Source of the DNA: Bacteroidota bacterium
GTDB taxonomy: Bacteria; Bacteroidota; Ignavibacteria; Kapaibacteriales; Kapaibacteriaceae
Reading direction: 5' to 3'
Length of the DNA: 64,000 nt
Assembly (NCBI GenBank): GCA_018266735.1
Contig: JAFDZT010000002.1
Span: 172,439 to 236,438 of the forward strand
A program made the translations under genes and the position numbers. Under the pieces are notes generated by a model. It ran no database searches. It was given only the letters and a program-made list of their open reading frames with translations, and was not told the origin of the DNA. Position 1 is the stretch's first letter. Each line of letters opens with the position of its first letter. Below are positions 12,073 through 22,646 of this stretch, one piece after another.

Positions 12073-12297
12073 TCACTTCGAATCGAGGCGCTTCTTCATG
12101 GCAGTGTAGCCGATCTTGTCAAGCGTCTTCAGTGCGCTTGCTGTGACCTTCACCGTCACGAACTTACCTTCTTCGGCAACCCATACGCGCTTCTTCTGCA
12201 GGTTTGGCAACCAGCGGCGACGGGTCTTGTTGTTCGCATGCGAAACATTGTTTCCGTACTGGACCGAAGTGCCGGTCAAATCACAACGACGTGCCAT
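12073..12297 (-). CDS. rpmB: 50S ribosomal protein L28.
   Basis: [40 protein letters not shown]...[16 protein letters not shown] matches the L28 pattern, including the C-x-x-T-G-K and N-x-S-H-A motifs. The track ORF 12073..12441 has an N-terminal extension, so the start was taken at M49. Confidence 0.85.
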   Translation of the reverse strand: MARRCDLTGTSVQYGNNVSHANNKTRRRWLPNLQKKRVWVAEEGKFVTVKVTASALKTLDKIGYTAMKKRLDSK

Positions 12298-12449
12298 GTC
12301 TTTTGCTCCAAATTCAGATGCGTTTTTCTCAAGAACAAGCAATATACGACTTTGGTTTGGATCACGCAAGTCGTGTGGATTCATTCGGTTGGAGGGGCGG
12401 AACGGCGAAACCCTTAAATTTGCTTCTTGACCCAAATCCAACCGGCCGC

Positions 12450-15272
12450 ATGTCTGTACCCCTGAAGGTCATCGCCATACGCGGTGCCCGCGTGAACAAT
12501 CTCCGGAATGTCGATGTCGACATTCCCCGCAATGCCCTTACGGTGATCACCGGCGTGAGCGGGTCGGGGAAGTCGTCTCTGGCATTCGACACGCTCTATG
12601 CCGAGGGACAACGCCGCTTTGTGGAGTCCCTGAGCGCCTATGCACGGCAGTTCCTGGACCGCATGAACAAGCCGGACGTGGACTCCATTTCCGGCCTTCC
12701 TCCGGCCGTGGCCATCGAACAACAGGCCTTCTCCAAGAACCCTCGCTCCACCGTTGGCACCACCACAGAGATCTACGACTACCTACGTCTGCTGTACGGA
12801 CGTGTGGGCATCGTGATCGACAAGGACACCGGCGAACTGATCCGAAAGGACTCCGCGCAGTCCGTGGTCGACGCCATGATGGCGCTTCCCGAAGGAAGTC
12901 GGTTGTATGTGATGTACGTGCTCCCGAAGGAGCATGCATCCACCAAGGACGTTCGTGAAGGACTTGCCGCGCGCGGATTTTCGCGCATGGTCTTGGGTGA
13001 CAGTACAGAGGTCACCGAGATCGCCTCGATCGATCTGCTGCCGGACAAGGTGGACATCTTCGTCCTGGTCGATCGTGTGATCGTCCGTGCCGATGATGAA
13101 GTGCGGAGTCGATTGACGGATTCGGTCGAGACGGCCTTCGAGGCAGGCAACGGTCGCATGGTGATCCGCGACATCACGACGGGCGTCGACCATTACTTCT
13201 CGTCGCGCTTCGAAAGCGCACGCACGCAAACACAATACATCGAGCCGGAACCACGACTCTTCTCGTTCAACAATCCGTTCGGCGCATGTCCTACATGTCA
13301 GGGATTCGGTCGCAGCGTTGGTATCGACGAACACCTGGTGATCCCCGACAAAAGTCTCTCTCTCCGTCGTGGTGCCTTGGCACCGTTCCGCGGCGATGTC
13401 TTCGGAGCCTACTTGCGCGAACTGCTGCGAGAGGCACCGCATCACGGGCTTCCGGTGGACAAGCCCGTCGGCTCGTTCACGCAAGAGCAAGTCGATCTGT
13501 TGTGGGACGGCATTGGCGACTATATCGGTCTGCATGCCTTCTTCAAGATGCTCGAAGAGAAGTCGTACAAGACACACTATCGCGTGATGTTGAGTCGGTT
13601 CCGTGGCTACACGAAATGTCATGCATGTCATGGTTCGCGATTGCGCACGGCAGCCCGACAGGTCTTCGTTGCAGGATTGAACATTCCGCATGTGGTGAAC
13701 CTCACGTTACGCGAGGCGGCCGATCACTTCGACTCTATCGAACTCACCGAGCATGAGGAGCAGATCGTCGGACAGATCCTGTCGGAACTCCGTCGACGTC
13801 TGCGACTCCTTGTCGACATCGGACTCGACTATCTCACGCTCGATCGGCTCTCGCACACGCTTTCGGGCGGGGAATCGCAACGCATCAACCTTGCCACCTC
13901 GCTTGGCAGCGCCCTCGTTGGAACACTCTATGTGCTCGACGAACCGAGCATCGGACTGCATCCGCGCGATACGTATCGACTGCTCAACATTCTGCAGCGA
14001 CTGCGCAACCTTGGCAACACGGTTGTGCTCGTGGAGCACGATCTCGACGTGATCCGCACCGCCGATCATGTGATCGACATTGGTCCGGCCGCCGGCGAGT
14101 TCGGTGGGGAAGTGGTCTATAGCGGCGCGTTCACGGACATGGTCGAGAACGGCTCGTCGCTCACCGCAGACTACCTCACGCGCAAACGTGTGGTCGATGT
14201 ACGCACCACGTATCGCAAAGGCAACGGCAAACAACTGTCCATCATCCATCCCATGCACCACAACCTGAAAGGTCAGGACGTGCACATTCCGCTTGGATGC
14301 ATGACGGTGGTCACGGGTGTGTCGGGCTCGGGAAAGAGCTCCCTCATTCACGATGTGCTGTACGCCGGATTGAAGCGCGTGCAAGGTGGATACACAGGCG
14401 AAGTGGGATCGTGTGAGCGTATCGAGGGCATTGAGTTCATCAAGACCGTCGAGATGATCGATCAAACACCGATCGGTCGTTCCACGCGCTCCACGCCGGC
14501 CACCTACACTAAGGTCTTCGACCTCATCCGCGATACGTTCGCGCAAACGCAAGCAGCAAAGCAGATGGGCTGGAAGGCCGGCCACTTCTCGTTCAACGTT
14601 GCCGGCGGACGGTGCGATGTATGCGAAGGCGAAGGCACGGTGACCATTGAGATGCAGTTCTTGCCCGACATCGAACTTCCGTGCGAAGTGTGTGGCGGTA
14701 CGCGGTACAAACGCGATGCTTCCATGATCTTGTACAAGAACAAGTCCATCGTCGACGTGCTGGCCATGACCGTTGATGAAGCGGCAACACTTTTTGAATC
14801 GGTCCCGAAGATCGTGCAGAAGCTCAATGTGTTGCAGGCCGTCGGACTCGGCTACATCCGGCTCGGACAGCCATCGTCGCACCTATCGGGTGGCGAAGCG
14901 CAGCGTATCAAGCTTGCCGCACAACTCGATGTGGACTCGGACGGTCCCATCGTCTTCATCTTCGACGAGCCCACCACCGGCTTGCACATTCACGATACGG
15001 CCGCACTCCTCGCGGCCTTCGACCAGCTCGTCAAAAAAGGTCACACGCTCATCGTGATCGAACACAACGTCCACGTCATGGCCGCCGCGGACTGGATCAT
15101 CGATCTCGGTCCGGAGGGTGGGGAAGGTGGCGGGGCCATCATTGCAACGGGCACTCCGAAGACCGTTGCCACGGTTCCTGGCAGTCACACGGGTGTTGCC
15201 TTGCGTGCCTTCTTTGAAGAGCATGGCATTGCCGTTCCGCGTCGACGGGCGGCTTCCGGAAAGAGCGCATGA
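12450..15272 (+). CDS. uvrA: Excinuclease ABC subunit A (UvrA), 940 aa. Start [26 protein letters not shown].
   Basis: Two ABC ATPase modules with Walker [11 protein letters not shown] (x2), LSGGE signatures and zinc-finger cysteines ([14 protein letters not shown]). The track ORF starts upstream at 12204 with an N-terminal extension. Confidence 0.95.
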   Translation: MSVPLKVIAIRGARVNNLRNVDVDIPRNALTVITGVSGSGKSSLAFDTLYAEGQRRFVESLSAYARQFLDRMNKPDVDSISGLPPAVAIEQQAFSKNPRSTVGTTTEIYDYLRLLYGRVGIVIDKDTGELIRKDSAQSVVDAMMALPEGSRLYVMYVLPKEHASTKDVREGLAARGFSRMVLGDSTEVTEIASIDLLPDKVDIFVLVDRVIVRADDEVRSRLTDSVETAFEAGNGRMVIRDITTGVDHYFSSRFESARTQTQYIEPEPRLFSFNNPFGACPTCQGFGRSVGIDEHLVIPDKSLSLRRGALAPFRGDVFGAYLRELLREAPHHGLPVDKPVGSFTQEQVDLLWDGIGDYIGLHAFFKMLEEKSYKTHYRVMLSRFRGYTKCHACHGSRLRTAARQVFVAGLNIPHVVNLTLREAADHFDSIELTEHEEQIVGQILSELRRRLRLLVDIGLDYLTLDRLSHTLSGGESQRINLATSLGSALVGTLYVLDEPSIGLHPRDTYRLLNILQRLRNLGNTVVLVEHDLDVIRTADHVIDIGPAAGEFGGEVVYSGAFTDMVENGSSLTADYLTRKRVVDVRTTYRKGNGKQLSIIHPMHHNLKGQDVHIPLGCMTVVTGVSGSGKSSLIHDVLYAGLKRVQGGYTGEVGSCERIEGIEFIKTVEMIDQTPIGRSTRSTPATYTKVFDLIRDTFAQTQAAKQMGWKAGHFSFNVAGGRCDVCEGEGTVTIEMQFLPDIELPCEVCGGTRYKRDASMILYKNKSIVDVLAMTVDEAATLFESVPKIVQKLNVLQAVGLGYIRLGQPSSHLSGGEAQRIKLAAQLDVDSDGPIVFIFDEPTTGLHIHDTAALLAAFDQLVKKGHTLIVIEHNVHVMAAADWIIDLGPEGGEGGGAIIATGTPKTVATVPGSHTGVALRAFFEEHGIAVPRRRAASGKSA

Positions 15273-16297
15273 ACGCTCGCACGGTCATTCGCATCCTCAT
15301 CGGCGTTGTCGTCGTTGTCGCCGCACTCTGGTATGTGTTGAGTCTGGCGAATATCGACCAGATGATGGCCATCATGTCGCATGCCGCAGCGTTGCCACTC
15401 CTCGCAAGCATACCGATCATCCTTGCCTCGCATCTGATGCGTGCACGTCGATGGAAGACGTTACTCGCACCACGTCAACCGAACGTGAGCATGTGGACGG
15501 GCTTTTCTTCCATCATGATCGGCTATGCGGCGAACACCATCGTTCCTCGCGTGGGAGAGATCCTGCGTCCGTGGGTGTTCTCGCGTCGTGAACGCATTCC
15601 CATGAGCACGGCAGTGAGCAGTGTGGTGGTCGAGCGTGTGCTCGACGTGTTCACGTTGCTCATCGGCATCGTCCTCGTGGTAGTGGTCGAGCGCGATCAC
15701 GTGACGCAAGCCATTCCGCAATTCAGTCCACAGCTCATCCTTACCACCTTGGTCCTTCCCGTGGTCCTGATCGTTGTGGTGGCATCGAGCATGATCTTCA
15801 CACCGGCCGGACAGTGGGTGATCGACCGTGTGTTGACGCGGATGAATGCCCGTGTTGGAGCATTCGCTTCGCGCATCTATGCCAATGTGCACGAAGGCGT
15901 GGCGGTGATCAAGGCACCATCCTTGTGGCTTCGGCTCGCTGTGGAGTCCGTGGTCATATGGGCCCTCTACATCTTCCCGCTGTGGCTCACCCTTCAGTCG
16001 ATCACGTTCTCCATGCCCATGTCGTTCTCCATCGGTGATGCTGCCGTGCTCCTGGTGATCATCTCCATTGGCGTGACCATTGCACCAACGCCGGGAGCAT
16101 TGGGCATCTATCAAGGCTTTGCACAGTTGGCTCTTGTCCGCATCTATCATGCAACACCCGACGAGGGACTTGCCTTTGGCATTCTCGCCTGGGTTGTGAA
16201 CTATGGTGTGTCGCTCCTTGTTGGAGGCACGTGTTGGATCATTGAAGTACGTCGAGGCCTGTCGTGGCGCGACGTACGAGGCACCGTATCTTTGTAA
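15269..16297 (+). CDS. Flippase-like (lysylphosphatidylglycerol-synthase transmembrane-region family / UPF0104) integral membrane protein, 342 aa.
   Basis: 8-TM profile with the conserved RARRWKTLL and IGYAANTIVPRVGEILRPW segments typical of this family. ATGA overlap with the uvrA stop. Confidence 0.6.
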   Translation: MNARTVIRILIGVVVVVAALWYVLSLANIDQMMAIMSHAAALPLLASIPIILASHLMRARRWKTLLAPRQPNVSMWTGFSSIMIGYAANTIVPRVGEILRPWVFSRRERIPMSTAVSSVVVERVLDVFTLLIGIVLVVVVERDHVTQAIPQFSPQLILTTLVLPVVLIVVVASSMIFTPAGQWVIDRVLTRMNARVGAFASRIYANVHEGVAVIKAPSLWLRLAVESVVIWALYIFPLWLTLQSITFSMPMSFSIGDAAVLLVIISIGVTIAPTPGALGIYQGFAQLALVRIYHATPDEGLAFGILAWVVNYGVSLLVGGTCWIIEVRRGLSWRDVRGTVSL

Positions 16298-16301
16298 TAC
16301 C

Positions 16302-17318
16302 ATGAACACCACGCATCAAACAGACCTTATCGTCATCGGAGCCGGCCCGTGCGGACTCTTCACCATCTTCGAGGCAGGATTGCTCAAGATGCACTGCCAC
16401 CTTGTGGACTACCTCGGCGTGCCCGGCGGTCAGTGTGCCGAGATCTATCCGAAAAAGCCCATCTACGACATTCCGGGATTTCCGAGCGTGCTCGCCGGTG
16501 AGCTGGTCGACAATCTCATGAAGCAAGGCGCACCGTTCCATCCAACGTTCACGCTTGGCGAACGCGCCGAACAACTTGAGCGCCTAGAAGACGGTCGATT
16601 CCGACTCACGACAACACGCGGCACGGTGATCGAAGGCACGAACGTGATCCTGGCCGGAGGCCTTGGATGCTTCGAGCCACGCAAACCCACGATCGCCAAC
16701 CTTGCAGACTTCGAGTACAAGGGCGTGGACTATGTGATCAAGGACCCTGAAGAGTTTCGCGGTAAACGCGTGGTGATCGGTGGTGGGGGAGACTCGGCCT
16801 TGGATTGGACCATCGTCTTGGCCGACATCGCCTCCGAGGTCACGCTCATCCATCGCAGTCAACAATTCCGCGCAGCTCCCGACAGCGTCGAGAAGGCCAA
16901 TGCCCTGGCCGCGGCTGGCAAGATCACGATGATCACCGATGCACAAGTCACAGGGTTGGATGGCGGCACGGCACTCGAGGGCGTCACGATCACGCACAAT
17001 GACGAAAGCACCGAGCGTATCGCCACCGACCACTACATACCGTTGTTCGGTCTGTCGCCAAAGCTCGGTCCCATCGCACAATGGGGATTGAACATCGAGA
17101 AGAACGCTGTTATCGTTGACAACAGCACGTATGAGACCTCTGTGCCCGGCATCTATGCCGTGGGTGATATCTCCGAGTATCCGAACAAACTCAAACTCAT
17201 CCTTTGCGGATTCCACGAAGCGGCCATCGCATGCAATGTGATCTATGCGCGCAGACATCCCGAGAAGAAGCACGTGATCAAGTACACAACGGTCACCGGC
17301 ATCAACGAGCTCGCATGA
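16302..17318 (+). CDS. Ferredoxin--NADP+ reductase of the thioredoxin-reductase-like type (NAD(P)/FAD-dependent oxidoreductase), 338 aa. Start MNTTHQTDLIVIGAGPCGLF.
   Basis: Two Rossmann GxGxxG motifs (VIGAGPCG and VIGGGGDSALDW) with TrxR-like spacing and no CxxC redox-active disulfide, which is characteristic of YumC-type FNR. Confidence 0.8.
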   Translation: MNTTHQTDLIVIGAGPCGLFTIFEAGLLKMHCHLVDYLGVPGGQCAEIYPKKPIYDIPGFPSVLAGELVDNLMKQGAPFHPTFTLGERAEQLERLEDGRFRLTTTRGTVIEGTNVILAGGLGCFEPRKPTIANLADFEYKGVDYVIKDPEEFRGKRVVIGGGGDSALDWTIVLADIASEVTLIHRSQQFRAAPDSVEKANALAAAGKITMITDAQVTGLDGGTALEGVTITHNDESTERIATDHYIPLFGLSPKLGPIAQWGLNIEKNAVIVDNSTYETSVPGIYAVGDISEYPNKLKLILCGFHEAAIACNVIYARRHPEKKHVIKYTTVTGINELA

Positions 17319-18340
17319 TCCGCACATTCGTGCTGTGCTTCGTGTGCATCATCCTGTGTGCATGCGCACCACAGCACGAAGATGTGGTGATGAAAGGGGT
17401 GACCATTGCCGACGATTTTCCGGACTATACGTCCGATGCCTGCGCACGTCTGTGCGACAGTCTTCATCGTGCCGGCGTGACGTGGGTGGCCATCACGCCG
17501 TGCGGCTTTCTCGACTCGACACAGAGCACCGACGTGAAGTGGACGTGGTTCTCCCGTCGCGACTATGCCAGCGCCATTCGGATGATCACCGCAAAGGGCA
17601 TGAAGGTACTCGTCAAGCCGTACCTGTGGTCGAAGGACTTCTGGCACAAGCAGGAGTGGACCGGAGTGATCCGGCATGACGACACTGCGTCGCGTGCAGC
17701 CTTTTTCGCATCGTATCGCACATGGTTGCTCGACATCATGCGTCAGGCAGAAGCCGGTGGTGCCGGTATGGTATGCATCGGACTAGAGCTTCCGCATCTA
17801 TCCACGGATGAACGCGCATGGCGCTCGCTCATCAAGGAGAGCAGGAGCATCTATCACGGCAAACTCACCTATGCGTCGCACGGGATCGACGAGGCATCGA
17901 ACATTCGCTTCTGGGATGCGCTCGATGTGATCGGCGTGAACATCTATCCCTCGCTCAGTAATGCACCGGCGCCAACCGACAAGTCGGTGCGCAATGGATG
18001 GAAGCCCATCCTTGCCGCCTTGCAACACCTTTCTAAAAAGAACGGGCACAAGAAGATCGCGTTCACGGAAGCGGGTTTTCGCAGCGTGGAGCGCGCCATG
18101 TTCAGTCCGTGGGAGTGGCCCGAACACCGGCCTCGTGCCGTCCGATACGAAGAGCAGGTGCAAGCCTATCGTCTGCTTGCCGAGCAAACGTATCATCAGT
18201 CATGGTTCGGTGGGATCTTCTGGTGGAAGGTCTTCACCGACCCTGAGATGGAGAACGAAGGTCCGGATGGATTCTCACCGCAAGGCAAGCCGGCATGGCG
18301 TCAAATGTCGGATGATTTTCACCGACATCATGCGCATTAG
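17315..18340 (+). CDS. Lipoprotein glycoside hydrolase with a TIM-barrel, clan GH-A-like fold (GH113/GH26-like), 341 aa. Start MIRTFVLCFVCIILCAC (lipobox).
   Basis: Lipoprotein signal with Cys. Conserved acid/nucleophile contexts (WSKDFWHKQEW, IAFTEAGF) resemble clan GH-A hydrolases. Family assignment is tentative. ATGA overlap with the FNR stop. Confidence 0.5.
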   Translation: MIRTFVLCFVCIILCACAPQHEDVVMKGVTIADDFPDYTSDACARLCDSLHRAGVTWVAITPCGFLDSTQSTDVKWTWFSRRDYASAIRMITAKGMKVLVKPYLWSKDFWHKQEWTGVIRHDDTASRAAFFASYRTWLLDIMRQAEAGGAGMVCIGLELPHLSTDERAWRSLIKESRSIYHGKLTYASHGIDEASNIRFWDALDVIGVNIYPSLSNAPAPTDKSVRNGWKPILAALQHLSKKNGHKKIAFTEAGFRSVERAMFSPWEWPEHRPRAVRYEEQVQAYRLLAEQTYHQSWFGGIFWWKVFTDPEMENEGPDGFSPQGKPAWRQMSDDFHRHHAH

Positions 18341-18993
18341 AACAAGAAGGTGACCGAGGCCATGAGTGAATTGATGCGCGTGTTCACGGGATCGTCCTTG
18401 AGCACATTCGAGAGCGCATAGTAGAATTTCACGTCGACGCAGAGGAAGCGCAGCATACGCACGTCGACGCCGAGCACCGCTCCATACCCGAAACCGGCAA
18501 GGTTCCCAATGGTCCCCGATGTGTTGTTCATCACCGTCGTCCCCGAGAAGCAGTAGTCACCATAGAGTCCGGCCATCAGACCGGGCTGGATCACGTCCTT
18601 GCTCCCAAGCGCCAACTTCAGGTTCAGCGGCACGCGCACATGCGTGAATCGCGTTTCCGCTGTGGCCGTGCTCTGTCCCAGTAGGGTATACTCATTCGTG
18701 ATCACTTCCTGCAAAAACAGCAACTCCGGCTGGAAGCCCACAGCAAAGGCACTTTCGCCCGAGAACTGATAGACCAAACCGACATTCCAACTGAATCCCC
18801 CCTTCGCTGTGCTTTCATCACCGGCATACATGGCACCTCCAATGCCGCCTTTGAAGCCCATGGTGGAGGTGGCAACGGAGGTTGACGACGATGCCGGGGG
18901 AGGAGGCGGGGGAGCTGTCGTGGTGGTGTCTTGCGCAAACGTTGCCAACGTTGTCGTTGCGAACAGAAGGAGAGCCATCATGCGTCGTTTCAT
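18337..18993 (-). CDS. Outer-membrane beta-barrel (porin-family / OmpA-like barrel) protein of 218 aa, with a signal peptide and a Pro/Ser/Thr-rich linker.
   Basis: MKRRMMALLLFATTTLATFAQ signal, then a PPPPPPASSSTS linker, alternating hydrophobic beta-strands and a C-terminal aromatic residue (…VTFLF). Confidence 0.6.
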   Translation of the reverse strand: MKRRMMALLLFATTTLATFAQDTTTTAPPPPPPASSSTSVATSTMGFKGGIGGAMYAGDESTAKGGFSWNVGLVYQFSGESAFAVGFQPELLFLQEVITNEYTLLGQSTATAETRFTHVRVPLNLKLALGSKDVIQPGLMAGLYGDYCFSGTTVMNNTSGTIGNLAGFGYGAVLGVDVRMLRFLCVDVKFYYALSNVLKDDPVNTRINSLMASVTFLF

Positions 18994-19024
18994 CGCCTGT
19001 GTCCCCGTACAATGAAGATGAAGG

Positions 19025-19654
19025 TCACTTGCCACACGTCGGGCAGCGTTCGGACGAAGTTAGGCGTGACACGCGCAACGAAGCAAGCTTATCCGAAAAT
19101 CCTGAAGCAAGGATCCCTGTTGGAATCGCGAACACGCCGATGCCGAGAAGTGCGAACACTCCTGCAAGCAGCTTGCCGACCGACGTGATCGGATAGATAT
19201 CGCCATAGCCCATGGTGGTGAGCGAGGCGATGCCCCACCACATCGTGGCAGGGATGCTACTGAATGCAGTCGGCTGCGCATCATGCTCCACTTCATACAT
19301 CACGGCGGAGATCATCACCAGCATGAAGAGCATGAAGACAAGGGTCATCACAAGTTCATCACGGCGTTCTCGGATCACCTCGCGGATCATCACGAGGGCC
19401 GCAATGTACCGCACTGCCTTGAGCGCTCGAAGTAGTCGAAAGAGCCGAAGGATGCGAACCATACGCAGATCAGCGACCCGCACCATACCCGGTAAAAAGG
19501 CCAACAAGTCGATGATGGCCATGGGCGTGCGTGCATACCGAAGGCGACCCATGAGAGGAGAGGCAAAGGCCGGGTTCTCCACGCACGTCCACAACCGGAG
19601 CATGTACTCCATGGCAAAAACGAGAAAGCTCACTTCATCCACAATACGTAACAC
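19025..19654 (-). CDS. Voltage-sensor-containing K+ channel (S2-partial, S3, S4, S5, P-loop TTMGYGD, S6). GTG start. Apparently lacks S1.
   Basis: Selectivity filter TMGYGD. S4 arginine ladder RMVRILRLFRLLRALK. Alignment by eye to KvAP places the N-terminus inside S2. The upstream in-frame sequence is closed by a stop inside the neighbouring terminator. Confidence 0.7.
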   Translation of the reverse strand: MLRIVDEVSFLVFAMEYMLRLWTCVENPAFASPLMGRLRYARTPMAIIDLLAFLPGMVRVADLRMVRILRLFRLLRALKAVRYIAALVMIREVIRERRDELVMTLVFMLFMLVMISAVMYEVEHDAQPTAFSSIPATMWWGIASLTTMGYGDIYPITSVGKLLAGVFALLGIGVFAIPTGILASGFSDKLASLRVSRLTSSERCPTCGK

Positions 19655-19695
19655 ACTCCCACGCGCCCCCTTGATCTATGATCGTTCTATGACAT

Positions 19696-19735
19696 CAAAA
19701 AAAAGCCGCACTCGAGATGAACTCGAATGCGGCTG
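19696..19735 (-). terminator. Strong rho-independent terminator for the membrane-protein gene 19761..20318 (stem AGCCGCATTCGAG/CTCGAGTGCGGCT followed by T8 on the minus strand).
   Basis: 13-bp GC-rich stem with a 5-nt loop followed by TTTTTTTT, seen directly in the sequence. Confidence 0.65.
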
Positions 19736-19760
19736 TTCGTTCACATTGAACGCGTTGCGC

Positions 19761-20318
19761 TTAGCGAATGGTCGCCACGGTGCGCTTGCGGACCACGGCC
19801 ATGGAGGCCATGAGCAAGCCCGTGAACAACCACGTGGAGGCGAGCGAGTTCAAGAAGAAATTCGTTCCGTCGTAGAAGGCCAATCCCGCTGCATAGCATG
19901 TGATCAGTCCAGCCAGGTCTTGCGTGTACATCGTCCCGCCGGCCCAGACGGCCGTGTTCGTTCCGAGGAAGAACAGCACCGACGCCACAGTACCACCAAG
20001 GATGGTGGTCTGCCAGGCCTTGGAACCCTTGAACAGCATCCCCAGACCAACGGTTGCTGCCATGCACAGATAGACAACGGGCTGTGTACCGTGGAAGGCA
20101 TAGTCCATGCCGAACAAGGCACCCAAGGCAAGGTCACTCACGACCATGGCCAGCAGTGGTACCAAGAAGGCCGCACGCTTCGTGGTGAACATCGCGCCAC
20201 CGAACAATGCCATCGCCGCCACCGGCGTGAAGTTCGGCCAGTGCGGGATCAGTCGGCTAAGTGCCAGCACGGCGATCAACGCAAGCGCTGAGCTATCGAG
20301 GATCTTGGACTGCTTCAT
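19761..20318 (-). CDS. Small polytopic membrane protein of 185 aa (5-6 transmembrane helices). Possibly a DUF6580 / ECF-type substrate-capture-like protein.
   Basis: Continuous hydrophobic helices (LALIAVLALSRLIPHWPNFTPVAAMALFGG ...). Family from memory only. Confidence 0.45.
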   Translation of the reverse strand: MKQSKILDSSALALIAVLALSRLIPHWPNFTPVAAMALFGGAMFTTKRAAFLVPLLAMVVSDLALGALFGMDYAFHGTQPVVYLCMAATVGLGMLFKGSKAWQTTILGGTVASVLFFLGTNTAVWAGGTMYTQDLAGLITCYAAGLAFYDGTNFFLNSLASTWLFTGLLMASMAVVRKRTVATIR

Positions 20319-20367
20319 GAGGGGGAATTCCGTGACAGTTGTTGGTTTACATAATGTAGATTATACA

Positions 20368-21612
20368 TCAGGCAGAAACACCCAATGCTTCAGTGACTTT
20401 CTCAGCAGCATCCTGTAATGTGGCAGCTACCAAGAAGTTAAGACCCGACTTGATGAGGATCGTCCGGGCTTCTTCGGCATTGGTTCCATCGAGACGTACG
20501 ATCACGGGAACGTTGACGTTGACGACCTTGAGGGCTTCGAGAATTCCGTTGGCAACACGGTCGCAACGGACGATACCGCCAAAGATGTTGATGAGGACGG
20601 CCTCGACGTTCGGGTCGCTCATCATGATGCGGAACGCATTCGCAATGCGCTCGACATTCGCCCCGCCACCCACGTCAAGGAAGTTCGCTGGCTTGCCGCC
20701 GGCCAACTGAATGATATCCATGGTGCCCATGGCCAACCCTGCACCATTCACCATGCAGCCCACATTTCCGTCGAGCTTGATGTAGTTCAGGTTGAACTTG
20801 CCGGCTTCCACCTCTAGCGGATCCTCTTCTTCGATATCACGCAGTTCCAGGTACTCTGGATGACGGTAGATGGCATTGTCGTCGAAATTCACCTTGGCGT
20901 CAAGAGCAATGAAGTCGCCCTTATCGTCGGCCACTAGCGGATTGATCTCGAGCATGCTGCAGTCCATGACCACATAGGCATCGTACAGCTTATGAATGAA
21001 CTTCACGAAGCTCTTGAAAGAGTTGCCACTTAGGCCAAGCGCAAACGCAAGGCGACGTGCTTGGAACCCTTGCAAGCCGGTGACCGGATCGATGTGTTCG
21101 CGGATCAACTTCTCAGGTGTTTCCTCGGCCACTTGTTCGATATCCATACCGCCTTCGGTGGACACCATGATGACGTTCGTCGACGTTTGACGGTCGAGCA
21201 GGATCGAGCAGTAGTATTCGTGGGCGATGTTGCAGCCTTCTTCGATGAGAACGCGGCGGACGATCTTGCCTTCGGGTCCGGTTTGCACCGTGACCAGCTT
21301 GTTATCGATCATTCTCTTTGCGGTCTGATAGGCACGATCGGCAAGGTTGCCGCTGGTGATCACGGAAACGCCACGAAGTTGCTTCCCGTCAACCATGATG
21401 GGCTCGTTCGTCACTGGATCATGCATGGTGCCTTTTCCACGTCCACCTGCATGGATCTGCGACTTCACCACGATGGCCGATACACCTTGTGCCACGAAAT
21501 TGTTAAAGGCAACGACGCCGGCATCGGATGCCGAAAACACCGCCGTGCCTCGCAACACCGGTACACCGAGTGCACGCAGCAGTTCCTTTGCCTGATACTC
21601 ATGAATGTTCAT
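20368..21612 (-). CDS. sucC: Succinate--CoA ligase (ADP-forming) beta subunit.
   Basis: MNIHEYQAKELLRALGVPV..., ATP-grasp motifs, and a CoA-ligase C-terminal domain (GGIVRCD...) typical of SucC. No sucD is adjacent. Confidence 0.9.
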   Translation of the reverse strand: MNIHEYQAKELLRALGVPVLRGTAVFSASDAGVVAFNNFVAQGVSAIVVKSQIHAGGRGKGTMHDPVTNEPIMVDGKQLRGVSVITSGNLADRAYQTAKRMIDNKLVTVQTGPEGKIVRRVLIEEGCNIAHEYYCSILLDRQTSTNVIMVSTEGGMDIEQVAEETPEKLIREHIDPVTGLQGFQARRLAFALGLSGNSFKSFVKFIHKLYDAYVVMDCSMLEINPLVADDKGDFIALDAKVNFDDNAIYRHPEYLELRDIEEEDPLEVEAGKFNLNYIKLDGNVGCMVNGAGLAMGTMDIIQLAGGKPANFLDVGGGANVERIANAFRIMMSDPNVEAVLINIFGGIVRCDRVANGILEALKVVNVNVPVIVRLDGTNAEEARTILIKSGLNFLVAATLQDAAEKVTEALGVSA

Positions 21613-21710
21613 TACTTCCTCTTAGAGTTGGATTTCAGCTATTTTGGCTGTAGAAAGGCAAAACTACCGAATCGCGTCGGGATAGAAAAGACCGACTCCC
21701 CTACCACACC

Positions 21711-22643
21711 ATGCGCTACGCCAAATTCTACCTTCCCCTGCTCCTTGCCGCCCTTGCGTGGCTTACCATTCGACCGTTGCTGGAAGACCGATCCTTGGGC
21801 TCCAAGCACCGTCCCATCCAGTTCTTGTTGACGCCGTCGGTGGACGCACAAAAAGTGTCAACGAATGGTGAAGCGCTCATGCAGTATCTGCACGAGCAAA
21901 CGGGATTGTATTTCCGTTCCAGCGTGCCGTCGAATTTCATCGCCGTCGTAGAGGCATTTGGGGCCGGACAGGCAGACCTGGCCATCATGAACACATTCTC
22001 GTACCTGCTGGCCAATTCCAAGTACAATGCACATGCGTTGATGAAGGTGGTACGGCGGAATGGAGAGCTCAGCTATCGCGGACAGATCATTGCCCATGCA
22101 GAGGCGGGCATCTCGAGCTTGCAGGACCTGCGCGGACGTCGCATGGCCTTTGTCGACCCGTCATCGACAAGTGGCTACATCTATCCCAAGGCCCTGCTGT
22201 CCAAGAACGGCATACAACCTGGCGAAGAGGTGTTCGCCAATAAACACGACAATGTGGTGACGATGATCTATCAACGTCAGGTGGATGCAGGTGCCACCTA
22301 TTACTCACCGCCGGATACGAAGACCGGGGAGATCCTCGATGCACGTGCGCGTGTGCGCCAGCAGTTTCCGGATGTCTTCTCGAAGATCAAGATCATTCAG
22401 CTCACCGACGAGATCCCGAACGATCCCGTGGTCGTGCGGGACGGATTTCCGCCCGCACTGCGTGACAAGATCCTGAATGCCTTGCTGGCATATTCGGCCA
22501 CTCCGGCCGGGAAAGCGTCGCTTAAGGAGATCGCCAGTGTTGAGGGACTCACGCGATCGAGCGATGTTGACTACACGCAGATCCGCGATCTCATCCGCAC
22601 GTATAGCGTGGACGTGGAGCGCGTTCTGTCCAAGAAGAAGTGA
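21711..22643 (+). CDS. PhnD/SsuA-like periplasmic substrate-binding protein (phosphonate/phosphite ABC transporter SBP family). An orphan with no permease or ATPase genes nearby.
   Basis: Signal-peptide-like N-terminus and the PhnD-type motifs FIAVVEAFGAGQADLAIMNTFSYLLA and RGRRMAFVDPSSTSGY. Confidence 0.7.
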   Translation: MRYAKFYLPLLLAALAWLTIRPLLEDRSLGSKHRPIQFLLTPSVDAQKVSTNGEALMQYLHEQTGLYFRSSVPSNFIAVVEAFGAGQADLAIMNTFSYLLANSKYNAHALMKVVRRNGELSYRGQIIAHAEAGISSLQDLRGRRMAFVDPSSTSGYIYPKALLSKNGIQPGEEVFANKHDNVVTMIYQRQVDAGATYYSPPDTKTGEILDARARVRQQFPDVFSKIKIIQLTDEIPNDPVVVRDGFPPALRDKILNALLAYSATPAGKASLKEIASVEGLTRSSDVDYTQIRDLIRTYSVDVERVLSKKK

Positions 22644-22646
22644 TGC

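Noticed and set aside
12783-14882. Minus-strand ORFs of 302 aa and 391 aa within uvrA.
   Set aside because: Antisense to uvrA, which has unambiguous double Walker and Zn-finger motifs.
19212-20291. 359-aa plus-strand ORF across the K+ channel and membrane-protein genes.
   Set aside because: Antisense to two membrane-protein genes with clear TM and selectivity-filter signatures. Ser/Arg-rich junk.
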